DNA of 64,000 nucleotides from Polyangiales bacterium (GTDB lineage Bacteria; Myxococcota_A; Polyangia; Polyangiales; JADJQN01): NCBI GenBank assembly GCA_964202905.1, contig CAXNJO010000002.1, positions 224,001 to 288,000 of the forward strand, read 5' to 3'. Shown piece by piece: positions 53,387 to 64,000 of this stretch (position 1 is its first letter; each line of letters starts with the position of its first letter). The notes under the pieces were generated by a model. It saw only the letters and a program-made list of their open reading frames with translations, ran no database searches and was not told where the DNA came from. The position numbers and the translations under genes were made by a program.

Positions 53387-55573
53387 TCAGGGGTCGGCGA
53401 CGGTGACCTCGAACGTGTAGGCCCCGGCGCTGCCGGGTCCGTAACCGTCGACGACGAAGAAGAAGGTCCCGGGCCCAAGCATGCGCGTGACCGCGCTCGC
53501 ACCGCCGCCACTGCCGCCGTCGTCGTCGCAGTAGGCATCTCCGCCGGAGGCGCAGCTGTCGCGGAACACCATGAGGACCGTATCGATGCTCGAGCCATCG
53601 GTCGAGGCCGTCACGACCTTCGGGGCCGCGAGGTCGAGACGAAAGGCCGCATCGGGACCGTCCGCGACCGTCGTGCAGACCGTCGAGCGGTAGTCGTCGA
53701 GGCCGAGCGCCGTCGTGCCGGTGAAGAGGCCCCCTGTCAGCGGGACGATCGTCGCTGCACCGCAGGTGTCGTTGCCGGTGACCGGGACCGCCACCGTCGG
53801 CGCGGACGTCGTGACCGTGACCGCGAAGCTCGACCGCGAGAAGCCTTCGACGACGACGTAGTACGTGCCCGGCGGCACATCGCGCACACGAGAGCGCACG
53901 GGCGTGCCGCGATCGCAGCGCAGCTCGCCCGCCGTCGAGCCGCACGCGGGGCGGATGGACGCGTTCATGTAGCGGGTGCCGCCGTCGATGACGACGGTCA
54001 AATCGCGCCGTTCCGTCAGCTCGAAGGCGTACACCGCGTCCACGTAGTTGAAGCCGCAGCCGGTGACGACATCGTCCTGTTTGTCCGCGAGCGTCCCGGG
54101 GGTGCGCGTGTCGAGCGCGATCGGGATGGCGTTCGCGCAGGACTCGCCCGCGGGAACGGACGTCGGCTCGGAGAAACTCACGTCGAGGTCGAAGTCGACG
54201 TCACGGTACGACGGCCCCTCGAGCACGAGGTGATAGCGGCCGGGCGGAAGGTCGCGGAGGCGTGTGTCGAAGGGCGCGCCCCCCGTGCAGCGAAGCACCT
54301 CGGCGGGGGCACCACACGCCCCGTACACGGCCCCGCTCAGCGAATCACCCGAGGAGCTCGTGGCCGTGATCGAGACGTCCTTGCGCTCGGTCAGCTCGAA
54401 CGCGTAGACGAGATCGGGGGAGCCGCCGTAGCCACACGGCAGCGACGAATCGTCGGCGACGTCGACGAAGGATCCCGGGAAGCGTCCGCCGGCGCTCACG
54501 TCGATCGGCGCGGCGCACGTCTCGTTCGTCGGCGGCACGCTCGGCGTCGTGAAGACGACCTCGACGGCGACCTCGTCGCCACCCGACGGCAGCCAAGGCG
54601 CAGAGGCGACGACTACGTAGTACGTGCCGGCGGCGAGCGCGCGCTTGCGGACCTGGGAGGGGAAGCCGGAGTTGCAGTCGAGAGACGGGCCGAGCGGCAG
54701 GAAACGCTCGCCGATCGCGCAGCGCGAGGCGTCGTCGGGGAGCGGCGCCCGGGTGCCGTGGAGCGAGATCGCCGCGAGGGCCTCGCCGCCCGCGTTCAGG
54801 TAGACGTCGCGCGGTTCGGGCAGCGTGAACGTGAGCACGGCGTCGCGGTAGCCGGAGCCGCCGCAGGAAAGCATGAAGTCCGAGGCCGCGCCGACGGTCG
54901 AGACCGTGAAGACGCCGCCCGCGCTCACGTCGAGGGGCTCGTCACACGCCGAGTCATGGGGAGGCCCGCCGCAGTCGCCGGGCATCACGTTCTCGTCGAC
55001 GACCTCGTCGCAGTCGTTGTCGATGCCGTCGTCGCAGAGCTCCGACGAGCGCGCACCGCGGGTCGGATCGCGGTCGTCGCAGTCGGTGCCGCCGGCGCAG
55101 TGCCAGTCGGCCTCGCCGTCCTCGTCGAAGTCCCGCGGGAAGTGGCCGCAGGTCTTCGCCTCTTCGTCGCAGCGGTCGATCGTGCAGACGTCGTCGTCGT
55201 TGCACGCCTCCGGGGGCCCGGGGACGCAACCGCGCACGGGGCTGCACTGCTCGACGCCGTTGCAGAAGATGCCGTCGTCGCAGCGCGTGAGGTCGACGGC
55301 GTTGCGGCAGAAGCCGCGCGGGTCGCAGGAGTCGGTCGTGCAATCGACGCGGTCGACGCAGTCCGCGTCGACGAGGCAGGGTCGCAGCGCGCCGAGGTCC
55401 ACGGCACTGGCGTCCCCGGGCGCCCCATCGGGCGACGTCGCGTCCGCCGGCGGGGCGGCGTCCGTGACGCCCCCGTCCATCGCGGGTGGTGCGGTGTCGT
55501 CGCCGCATCCGTGGAGGACGGCGGCGCAGGCCAGCAGGACGGCGAACGACGCGGGCGTCAGGCGGGGGCGCAT
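53387..55573 (-). CDS. Cys-rich lipoprotein with DCDD metal-binding motif and four PPC-like domains (paralog of the downstream gene)
   Basis: Lipobox LHGC-GDD, CDDGIFCNGVEQC, CTIDRC, DCDD..ELCDDGIDNDCD, repeated PDxVYxFxL...GTYYVVV. Confidence 0.78.
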   Translation of the reverse strand: MRPRLTPASFAVLLACAAVLHGCGDDTAPPAMDGGVTDAAPPADATSPDGAPGDASAVDLGALRPCLVDADCVDRVDCTTDSCDPRGFCRNAVDLTRCDDGIFCNGVEQCSPVRGCVPGPPEACNDDDVCTIDRCDEEAKTCGHFPRDFDEDGEADWHCAGGTDCDDRDPTRGARSSELCDDGIDNDCDEVVDENVMPGDCGGPPHDSACDEPLDVSAGGVFTVSTVGAASDFMLSCGGSGYRDAVLTFTLPEPRDVYLNAGGEALAAISLHGTRAPLPDDASRCAIGERFLPLGPSLDCNSGFPSQVRKRALAAGTYYVVVASAPWLPSGGDEVAVEVVFTTPSVPPTNETCAAPIDVSAGGRFPGSFVDVADDSSLPCGYGGSPDLVYAFELTERKDVSITATSSSGDSLSGAVYGACGAPAEVLRCTGGAPFDTRLRDLPPGRYHLVLEGPSYRDVDFDLDVSFSEPTSVPAGESCANAIPIALDTRTPGTLADKQDDVVTGCGFNYVDAVYAFELTERRDLTVVIDGGTRYMNASIRPACGSTAGELRCDRGTPVRSRVRDVPPGTYYVVVEGFSRSSFAVTVTTSAPTVAVPVTGNDTCGAATIVPLTGGLFTGTTALGLDDYRSTVCTTVADGPDAAFRLDLAAPKVVTASTDGSSIDTVLMVFRDSCASGGDAYCDDDGGSGGGASAVTRMLGPGTFFFVVDGYGPGSAGAYTFEVTVADP

Positions 55574-55787
55574 GGGCGCGGCTCCTCATTCTTCCGGGAG
55601 CCGGGCGCGACATGCTCCCGACTCGTCACGAGCGACGGGCCACTATGTCACGATTCGGCGTCCCTCCAAGCGTGCGCGCAACGCTGAGCCGCCATTCAAC
55701 CTCCACGCGCGCCACCCAGCGGGTCACGCGGCCGAGCGCCCCGCACGCGTGGGGTCGAGGGCGCGTCGCGTGCTACGGTCGGGCGCG

Positions 55788-57419
55788 ATGGGTGGGCGCG
55801 AGGAGGACGGGGCGGGGGCCAGCGCGGCCGTCGCGGGGGATGTGCGCGCGCCGGACGCCGGGCCGGCGCCGTCCGCGCCGTCCGCGCCCTCCCCGGCCGA
55901 CACGCCACGCCTCGAGCCCCTGCATTTCACGCTCCTCGATCACCTGCCGGTGATCGTTTTTCGCCACGGCATCGAGCGCGCGCGCCTGATCTTCGTGAAC
56001 CGGGCGTGGGAGCGGGTGCTGGGGCGGCCGGTCGAGGAGGCATACGCGCAGGGGCTCGACCCGGCCCTCGCCGACGACCGCTCGCGCGAGGCGCTCCGCG
56101 ACGCGCTCGCGCGCGCGGGCGCCGGCGAAGAGGTCCCCTGGCACGACCTCGTGTTCGTCCGGCGCGACGGTTCGCGCGTCACCGTGCGCGTGATGGTCTA
56201 TCCCGTGCGGGACGCCTCGGGCCGCGTGGAGGCGGTCGAGGGGATCGGACGCGACGTGCAGGCCGAGGTCGACGCCCGACACAAGCTGGTGCAGACGGAT
56301 CGACTGGCCGCGATCGGACAGCTCGCCGCGGGCGTCGCGCACGAGATCAACAACCCGGCCGCCTTCGTCGCGCTCAACCTGCAGCACCTCGCGCGCACGT
56401 TCCCCCAGGTGCGCGACGGCGTCGCGGACGCGGCGACCGTGGCGCGGTTCGCGCAGACACTCGAAGAGACCGCCGCCGGCGTCCGCCGCATCGTCGCGAC
56501 GGTCGATGAGCTCAAGCTCTTCGCGCGCATCCCCGAGGGCGCGTACTCGACGCCCGTCGACGTCAACCGCCTGATCCGCTCGGCCCTCGCGCTGACCCGC
56601 AGCGAGATCCGCGGGCGGGCGCGCCTCGTCACGGAGCTCGACGAGCAACTGCCGCTGCTCCCCGCGGACCCCGCGCTGCTCGGGCAGGTCTGCGTGAACC
56701 TCCTCCTTCACGCGGCGCAGTCGCTCCCGCGCGGGGACGCGGAGCGGAACGAGGTCCGCGTCGAGACGCGCGCGGGGGGCGATCACGTGCAGATCCGCGT
56801 CTCGGACACGGGCGCAGGCATCGCGCCGGAGACGCTGCCGCGGCTCTTCGATCCGTTCTTCTCGACGCCATCGGTCGGCGGGACGGGCAGCGGCGGGACG
56901 GGCCTCGGGCTCGCCATCAGCGCGGACGCCGTGCGCCGAATGGGCGGCACCCTCGAGGTCGATGGCGGCGCGCACGGGGGCACGCGGTTCACCGTGACGC
57001 TGCCGGTGATCGACGTCGCCCAGGCGGAGACTCGCCCACCTTCGGCCGCGACGATCGAGCGCGTCGTGATCGTCGAGGACGAGCCCGCGTTGGCGGAGGC
57101 GATGGCGCGCCAGCTCGAGGGGCGCTTCGAGGTCGCGATCGCCCGAGACGCCGCGGGGGCGCTGCGCGCCCTCGAGGCCCGCGACTTCGACCGGATCCTC
57201 TGCGACGTCGGGCTTCCGGACACACCGGGAACGACGCTCTTCGACCGCGTGATCGACCACCGGCCCGACCTCGCGACGCGCTTCGTCTTCGTCACGGGCG
57301 ACCCGCTCGACCCGATGCTCGAGGCGCTGACCGCGGCGCACGGCGTGCGCGTCCTCGAGAAGCCGTTCGACCCGTCGGAGCTCGAGGACGTCCTGCGGGG
57401 CAGCGCGCGCGACGCTTGA
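55788..57419 (+). CDS. Cytoplasmic PAS-containing hybrid histidine kinase / receiver
   Basis: PAS/PAC (FVNRAWERVLG, RRDGSRV), H-box AGVAHEINNP, DTGAGI, FDPFFST, GTGLGL, receiver VEDE..LCDV..VTG..EKPF. Confidence 0.9.
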   Translation: MGGREEDGAGASAAVAGDVRAPDAGPAPSAPSAPSPADTPRLEPLHFTLLDHLPVIVFRHGIERARLIFVNRAWERVLGRPVEEAYAQGLDPALADDRSREALRDALARAGAGEEVPWHDLVFVRRDGSRVTVRVMVYPVRDASGRVEAVEGIGRDVQAEVDARHKLVQTDRLAAIGQLAAGVAHEINNPAAFVALNLQHLARTFPQVRDGVADAATVARFAQTLEETAAGVRRIVATVDELKLFARIPEGAYSTPVDVNRLIRSALALTRSEIRGRARLVTELDEQLPLLPADPALLGQVCVNLLLHAAQSLPRGDAERNEVRVETRAGGDHVQIRVSDTGAGIAPETLPRLFDPFFSTPSVGGTGSGGTGLGLAISADAVRRMGGTLEVDGGAHGGTRFTVTLPVIDVAQAETRPPSAATIERVVIVEDEPALAEAMARQLEGRFEVAIARDAAGALRALEARDFDRILCDVGLPDTPGTTLFDRVIDHRPDLATRFVFVTGDPLDPMLEALTAAHGVRVLEKPFDPSELEDVLRGSARDA

Positions 57420-57450
57420 CGCCGCGACGGGACTCGGGTTCAACGGGGCG

Positions 57451-58578
57451 ATGGAACGCCCGGCGCCGCTCCCCCTGCCGATCGACGCGCTCCCCGAGGC
57501 GGCGCGACGCTTCTGCGATCCCGCGGCCCCGCTCCCCGCGCGCACGATGGCCGCGCGCGGGCTCGTCCCGCTGCGCGGCGCCGAGCTCGTCACCGTGCTC
57601 GCGCAGCTGTGCGCCGACCCCGAAGCGAGCGTCGCGGCGGCCGCTCTCGGCACGCTCGACGCGCTCCCGGAGAACGTGCTCGGCAGCGCCTGCGAGGGCC
57701 CACTCCACGCGAGCGTGCTCGACGCGCTCGCCGAGCGGATCACGCGCACCGAGATCCGCGAGCGCATCGCCGCCAACCCCGCCACGCACGACGGCACCGT
57801 CGCGCTGCTCGCGCGCGAGGCCGACGATCGCCTCGGCGAGCGCATCGCCGCGAACGAGGAGCGGTTGTTGCGCGCGCCGGCGATCATCGGCGCGCTCTAC
57901 AACAACCGCCGCGTGCGGATGTCGACGGCCGACCGGCTGGTCGAGCTCGCCGGGCGCCATGGCATCGAGGTCCCGGGCATCCCGAAGGAGACGCTCGAGG
58001 CGCACGTCGGCGCGATCGCGGGTGAGCCCGTGTTCGAGCCGACCGACGCCGTGCTCCCCGACGACGTGGAGTTCTCGGGGACGGTCGCCGTCGATGCCGA
58101 CGATCCGGACGCGGTCGAGGTCGACACCGAGAAGGAAGAGGAGCGCGTCCGCGAGCAGCACCTGCCTCTGCTGATGGCGATCGCGCGGCTCTCCAAGGCG
58201 AAGAAGCTGCGTCTCGCCCAGATCGGCAACGCCTCGGCGCGCGCGATCCTGATGCGCGACAAGGATCGACAGATCGCGATGGCGGCCGTGCGCTCGCCGC
58301 AGCTCACGCTGCCCGAGGCCGTGGCCGTCGCGCACTCACGGCAGGTCAGCGAGGACATCCTGAAGTTCATCGGTACGCAGCGCGCACTCACGCGGAGCGG
58401 GGACATCAAGCGCGCGCTGGTGTTCAACCCGAAGACGCCCTTCGGCATCACGCTCGGCTTCCTGTCGCACCTGCACGCCAACGACCTGCGGGACCTCTCG
58501 CGCAGCCGCAACGTCGCCCCGCAGTTGAAGAGCGCTGCGCTGCAGAAGATCGCCGCGAAGGAAAAGAAGGACAAGTAG
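57451..58578 (+). CDS. Conserved helical-repeat hypothetical protein
   Basis: Long host-like ORF; LRV/ARM-like units (IAANPAT, LVFNPKTP); KLRLAQIGNASARAILMRD. Confidence 0.75.
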   Translation: MERPAPLPLPIDALPEAARRFCDPAAPLPARTMAARGLVPLRGAELVTVLAQLCADPEASVAAAALGTLDALPENVLGSACEGPLHASVLDALAERITRTEIRERIAANPATHDGTVALLAREADDRLGERIAANEERLLRAPAIIGALYNNRRVRMSTADRLVELAGRHGIEVPGIPKETLEAHVGAIAGEPVFEPTDAVLPDDVEFSGTVAVDADDPDAVEVDTEKEEERVREQHLPLLMAIARLSKAKKLRLAQIGNASARAILMRDKDRQIAMAAVRSPQLTLPEAVAVAHSRQVSEDILKFIGTQRALTRSGDIKRALVFNPKTPFGITLGFLSHLHANDLRDLSRSRNVAPQLKSAALQKIAAKEKKDK

Positions 58579-58580
58579 CC

Positions 58581-59840
58581 ATGTCTTTCTTCCAGAAACT
58601 CTTCGGCGGCGCCTCGTTCGAGGCGCTGCGCGCCGAGGCGGACGCCCACTTCGAGGCCGGGCGCCACGGCGAGGCGAAGCTCTCCTACGATCGGGCGCTC
58701 GCCAAGCAAAAGGGCGCCGTGCCCGCGGACGTCGCGCACGTGACCGCGCGCATCGAGGCGTCCCGCGACGCGATCGCCGAGGCGCGCGTCCGCGCGGCGG
58801 AGGACTTCCTCGCCCACGGCGATCTCGGGCTCGCCCGGGCCGAGCTCGAGGGCGCGGTCGAGACGGCCGCGGGCGCGGAGCTCCGGCGCGCGATCGAGCG
58901 GCGGCTCGAGGCGCTCGAGCGTGGGGACGCCCGCGAGCGCGCACGCCCGCCATCCGTCGACGACGACGAGATCCTCGAGGCCATGTCGGGGAGCTGGGAG
59001 CCCGAGCAGCGCGAGGAGTACGACGCCGCCGGGCCGAAGTTCCGCGAGGCCCTGCTCGCCGCGAACGCGGGGCGCTTCGACGAGGCGGTCACGCTGCTCG
59101 AGGCGCTCGTCGACGCCGCCCGCTCGCCGCACTATCTGCGCTTCGAGCTCGGGATCGCGCGGGTCGCCACCGACGACACGGCCGGCGCCGAGAGCGCGCT
59201 GCGCGGCTACCTCGAGAGCATCGGGCCGGACGAGGGCGGCGCCGCGCGCCTCGCCGCGCACGGCGCGCTCGCGCAGCTGTCCGATGCGCGCGGAGACGAG
59301 GAGGCGGCGGTCGCCGAGCTCGGCCGCGCGATCGAGGCGCTCGAGGAGGACCCGCGCCCGTACATCATGCTCGGCAACTACCTGCGGCGGCGCGGGCATG
59401 CCGAGGACGCCATCGACGTGCTCGAGTCCGCGCTCGCGGTCATCGGCGAGGGGCAGATCGACCCCTTCGTGCAGCAGGAGCTCGCCCTCGCGCACCGCGA
59501 CGCGGGCCACGACGCCGAGGCGGAGCGACAGCTCGAGCAGCTCCTCGAGGCGCTCGTGAAGCAGGCGCGCCTCGACTTCCCGCCGGAGGCGACCGTCGCG
59601 CTCGCGGAGCTCCACGAAAAACGCGGCAACCCCCAGCGCGCCGCCGATCTCTGGCGCTCGCTCACCCGCGGCAGTGACCGCACGAGCCACCTCCGCTATC
59701 ACCGGGAGGCCGCGCGGCTCCTCGTCGCCCTCGACCTGCGGGACGAGGCGCGCCGCATGTACCAGCGCGCCGCCGAGCTCGCCGAGGGCGACGCCGACGC
59801 GGCGCGGGACATCGCCGCGCGCCTCGCCGAACTCGCGTGA
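58581..59840 (+). CDS. Tetratricopeptide repeat protein
   Basis: Multiple TPR-like helical pairs (AGRFDEAVTLLEAL, GHAEDAIDVLESAL, GNPQRAADLW). Confidence 0.82.
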   Translation: MSFFQKLFGGASFEALRAEADAHFEAGRHGEAKLSYDRALAKQKGAVPADVAHVTARIEASRDAIAEARVRAAEDFLAHGDLGLARAELEGAVETAAGAELRRAIERRLEALERGDARERARPPSVDDDEILEAMSGSWEPEQREEYDAAGPKFREALLAANAGRFDEAVTLLEALVDAARSPHYLRFELGIARVATDDTAGAESALRGYLESIGPDEGGAARLAAHGALAQLSDARGDEEAAVAELGRAIEALEEDPRPYIMLGNYLRRRGHAEDAIDVLESALAVIGEGQIDPFVQQELALAHRDAGHDAEAERQLEQLLEALVKQARLDFPPEATVALAELHEKRGNPQRAADLWRSLTRGSDRTSHLRYHREAARLLVALDLRDEARRMYQRAAELAEGDADAARDIAARLAELA

Positions 59841-60262
59841 GGCTGCGGCTCGCGACGCTGCCGCTCGCGGCGGGTTGCGGCGCGAGCGCGGGCGCGACCG
59901 TCGCGCTCCTGCTCGGTACGTGGATCCCCAACTGGGGGCTCACGGGGGGCGCCGCGCTCGGACTCGCGACGCTCGCGCTCGGGCTGCGGGTCGTCCCGGG
60001 CCACCGGGAGTTGCTGCTCGTGACGACGGGCCTCGCGTGCTTCGTGGCCGCGTTCCTGCTCGCGACGATCCCGGCGACGCTCGTCGGCCTCGAGGACTTC
60101 GTCGCGACCAAGCTCCCGGAGTTGCAGGCGCGCGCAGGCGACGCCGTGCGCGAGGTGCGGGTCCGGCTCTACGCGCGCTGGGGCACGGCCGCGATCGGCG
60201 CCGCGCTCGCCGTGGGGGCAGCGGTCGTCGAAGGACGGCGCGCACGCACGCGCGGCGCGTGA
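59837..60262 (+). CDS. Hypothetical membrane protein
   Basis: GTGA overlap with the TPR gene stop; four hydrophobic segments. Confidence 0.65.
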   Translation: MRLRLATLPLAAGCGASAGATVALLLGTWIPNWGLTGGAALGLATLALGLRVVPGHRELLLVTTGLACFVAAFLLATIPATLVGLEDFVATKLPELQARAGDAVREVRVRLYARWGTAAIGAALAVGAAVVEGRRARTRGA

Positions 60263-60354
60263 GGGCCGTGCGGCAGGCGATCTGCTAGCGTCGATGCCGC
60301 ACGCGAGGGCGTGGACCGTGGACTCCGCGGCCGCGACCCGGACGTCTCCCCGCC

Positions 60355-61315
<961 letters not shown>

Positions 61316-61323
<8 letters not shown>

Positions 61324-62200
61324 CGCGACGCCCGCAGCGACCGTGCGCACCGTGCACGACCCGGACGCGCTCCGCACCGCCTGCCACGAGGCGCGGGCGC
61401 GCGGGCTGCGCATCGCGGTCGTCCCGACGATGGGCGCGCTGCACGAAGGGCACCTCACGCTCGTCGACGAGGCGCGGCGGCGCGCCGACTTCGTCGTCGT
61501 CACGATCTTCGTGAACCCGCTCCAGTTCGGGCCGCGCGACGACTTCGCGCGTTACCCGCGCACGCTCGCAGACGACATCGCGCTCTGCGGCGCACGCGGC
61601 GTCGACGTCGTGTTCGCGCCGGCGCGCGAGGCGATGTACCCCGACGGCTTCGCGACGAGCGTCTCGGTTCGCGGGGTGAGCGAGCCGCTCGAGGGCGCGC
61701 ACCGACCCGGGCACTTCGACGGCGTCACGACCGTCGTCGCCAAGCTCTTCGGGCTCGTCGGCGCGTCGGTCGCGGTCTTCGGCCGCAAGGACTACCAGCA
61801 GTGGAAGGTCATCGCGCGCATGACGCGCGACCTCGACCTGCCGGTGCGCGTCGTCGGACACCGGACCATCCGCGAGCCCGACGGCCTCGCGCTCTCGTCG
61901 CGCAACCGCTACCTCGACGCCGACGCGCGACAGCGCGCACTCGGGCTCGTCGCCGGACTGCGCGCCGCCGCGCGGGCCTTCGACGCAGGCGAGCGCGACG
62001 CCGGCGCGCTCGAGTCCGCGGCGCACGCCGAGATCGCCCCGCGCGTCGACGCGATCGACTACGTCGCCGTGCGCGACCCGGAGACGCTCGCGCCCTTCGA
62101 CGGCCCCGTGCGGGACCGCGCGGTGCTCGCGGTCGCGGCGCGCCTCGGCACGACGCGCCTCCTCGACAACCTCGTCCTCGGCGAAGAACCCACGCCCTGA
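61316..62200 (+). CDS. panC: Pantoate--beta-alanine ligase
   Basis: [52 protein letters not shown]. Confidence 0.97.
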
Positions 62201-62374
62201 CGCATCCGACGCGCGCAGCAGAAGCGCGGTGAATTCATGGCGTTGCGCGTCCAGAAGCGGCCATCGTGCGGCCCCTGGCGCGCCGCAGCGGGCGGAGTCG
62301 CACGCGAGACCGAAGACGCGCCGAGGCGACGTCCGGGTGCCGACAGTCCACCGCGGGCGGGGGTTCCGGGCGCG

Positions 62375-64000
62375 CTAGCGCGGCGTCAGGATCGCGAGAT
62401 GGTTGGGCTGCCGGTCGCCGATCGGCACCTCGATGCGGTAGGGGTGGAAACCGTCGAGCGTCACGTCGATCGCGTGCGCCCGCTCGGGGTCGAGGGGCAT
62501 GGACAACACGAGGGGTGTGACGCCGGGGATCGCGACGCCGTCGACCTTCACCTGCGCGCCCATCGGCACCGACGTCACGCGGGCAGGCTGCGGGACCGGG
62601 CGCGACGTGAGGAAGGCCGACACGCCGGCGAACGTGGCGACGAGCAGGCCGATGCCGAGCAGCCCGAGCCACAACGCGCGACGACGCCCGCTCCCCTCCG
62701 CGAAGAGCGCCGCGTACGCCCCCGTCGACGCGCCGGCGGGCGGGGCGGCGAAGGGGTCTTGCACGGGCTCGCGCAGCGGCGCGGCGGCGAGCGGCGACGC
62801 ACCACCCGCCCACGGGGGCGCGGGCGGCCACGCCTCGGGCGCAGCGACGGCGTGCGGCGCATCGACGTACGGCGGCGCTTCGAACGGATGCGGCGCAGAC
62901 GCCGGCGGAGGCCAGGACTGCGCGGGCCCGTGCACGGGAGGGAGCGGCGCGACCTCCGGGGGTGCGGTCGGCGCGGGCTGCGCCTGCACGGCCCGCGCGG
63001 CGGGCTGCGCCGGCACGGGTTGCCTTGACGCGGGTTGCGCGGCGGGCTGCGCGGGGAGCGCGGCCGCGCGTCGCTCCGGAGGCGGGACGGACCGTGGGCG
63101 GGGCGCCGGGGAACGCGCGGAAGCGGCCGCGGCGCGTGCAGCGGGCGCGATGGCGGGTGCCGCAGGCGCCACACCGCGGGACGCACGAGGCGGGTCCGGA
63201 GAGCGCTGCGAAGGCGCCGTCGCAGGACGCACCGACGGCGACGCAGCGGGGCGCTCCGCTGGCGCCGCCGCGGGACGCACCGACGGCGACGCCGCGGGGC
63301 GCTCCGCTGGCGCTGCCGCGGGACGCGCCGATGGCGACGCAGCTGGACGCGCCGCAGTCGGGGCGGCAGCGGGGCCCTCCGAACGCGGCGCCCCCGTCCG
63401 CGCGCGCGCTCCCTCGGCCGGACGCGGCAGCGACGCGGCGGGCTGCGCTGTCGGCGCAGGGCCGGGCGGTGGCGACGCGGGGGCCGCAGCAGCGCGCGCC
63501 TGGGCCGCGACGCGAATGAACGCGCGCGCCGCCGCCACGGTCTCCCCATCCTCGATGACGGTCGAGTCCTCGGACCAGCCAGCGTCGCTCCCCGTCTCGG
63601 GCCGCGACGCGACCCCGGCGCCTCCGGCGGCCCCGCGACGCAGCTGCGCGAACACACGCGCCGACGCGTCGCCGTCGAGGATGGAGGTGGGCTCGTCCTC
63701 CCAGAAATCGCGCGACGCCCCGTCGGGTGAGAGCAGCGAGCGCGTCGAGACCTCGCGACGCGACGGGCTCTGCACCGCCCGGGTGGCCTCGTCACGCCCG
63801 CCCGGGGCATCGACCTTGTCCGTGCGTGTGTGCGCGACGGGGAGCAGCGCGGTGCCCGTCGCGCCCGCGGCGCGATCCCCGGCGACGAGCATCGCCATCG
63901 CGCGTTGCAGGGCGGGCACGTCGTTGCGCGTGCGGTCGTCCTCGTCGTCGTCGTCGCCGAGCGCGAACATACCGGGCGCCGCCGCCGATGGCGCGGGGAC
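62375..64000 (-). CDS. C-terminal part of a membrane protein with long Pro/Ala-rich cytoplasmic region, one TM helix and a PEGA domain (partial, runs off right edge)
   Basis: TM LWLGLLGIGLLVATFAGVSAFL; PEGA-like VTSVPMGAQVKVDG..GVTPL..HAIDVTLDGF. The frame is open to the window end. Confidence 0.75.
   Translation of the reverse strand, partial: VPAPSAAAPGMFALGDDDDEDDRTRNDVPALQRAMAMLVAGDRAAGATGTALLPVAHTRTDKVDAPGGRDEATRAVQSPSRREVSTRSLLSPDGASRDFWEDEPTSILDGDASARVFAQLRRGAAGGAGVASRPETGSDAGWSEDSTVIEDGETVAAARAFIRVAAQARAAAAPASPPPGPAPTAQPAASLPRPAEGARARTGAPRSEGPAAAPTAARPAASPSARPAAAPAERPAASPSVRPAAAPAERPAASPSVRPATAPSQRSPDPPRASRGVAPAAPAIAPAARAAAASARSPAPRPRSVPPPERRAAALPAQPAAQPASRQPVPAQPAARAVQAQPAPTAPPEVAPLPPVHGPAQSWPPPASAPHPFEAPPYVDAPHAVAAPEAWPPAPPWAGGASPLAAAPLREPVQDPFAAPPAGASTGAYAALFAEGSGRRRALWLGLLGIGLLVATFAGVSAFLTSRPVPQPARVTSVPMGAQVKVDGVAIPGVTPLVLSMPLDPERAHAIDVTLDGFHPYRIEVPIGDRQPNHLAILTPR
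63225..63345 (-). repeat. 48-bp intragenic tandem repeat (~2.5 copies; RPAAAPAERPAASPS)
   Basis: GGACGCACCGACGGCGACGCAGCGGGGCGCTCCGCTGGCGCCGCCGCG-like units on the + strand. Confidence 0.8.

Overview
Very GC-rich chromosomal window, most likely from a myxobacterium (Myxococcota, Polyangiales/Sandaracinus-like; inferred from the mglB-mglA polarity module, an FHA-sigma54 activator, several Hanks-type Ser/Thr kinases and many Cys-rich lipoproteins). It holds about 47 genes. Housekeeping genes include gcvT/gcvH, a pccB-like carboxyltransferase, a DEAD-box helicase, mglBA, grxC, ftsE-ftsX-envC, panB/panC, a P-type ATPase and a CLC-F-type fluoride antiporter. Accessory genes are mostly surface lipoproteins. 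The standout is a ~2,480-aa lipoprotein with 46 tandem 32-aa modules matching the spacing of the ADAM/snake-venom disintegrin loop (C-R-x5-C-D-x2-E-x-C-x6-C-P-x-D), arranged in blocks of 1,2,2,6,7,6,11,11. Other notable items: a cobalamin riboswitch upstream of an orphan beta-propeller lipoprotein; a large helical-repeat protein with a C-terminal kinase coupled to an M23 peptidase with no obvious signal peptide; repeated leaderless-type starts; and a shared AT-rich motif between convergent genes. Several frameshifts (pccB, dctA, helicase tail, one lipoprotein) look like sequencing or assembly indels. I saw no rRNA, tRNA, CRISPR array or transposase. All calls come from reading motifs by eye; no searches were run.
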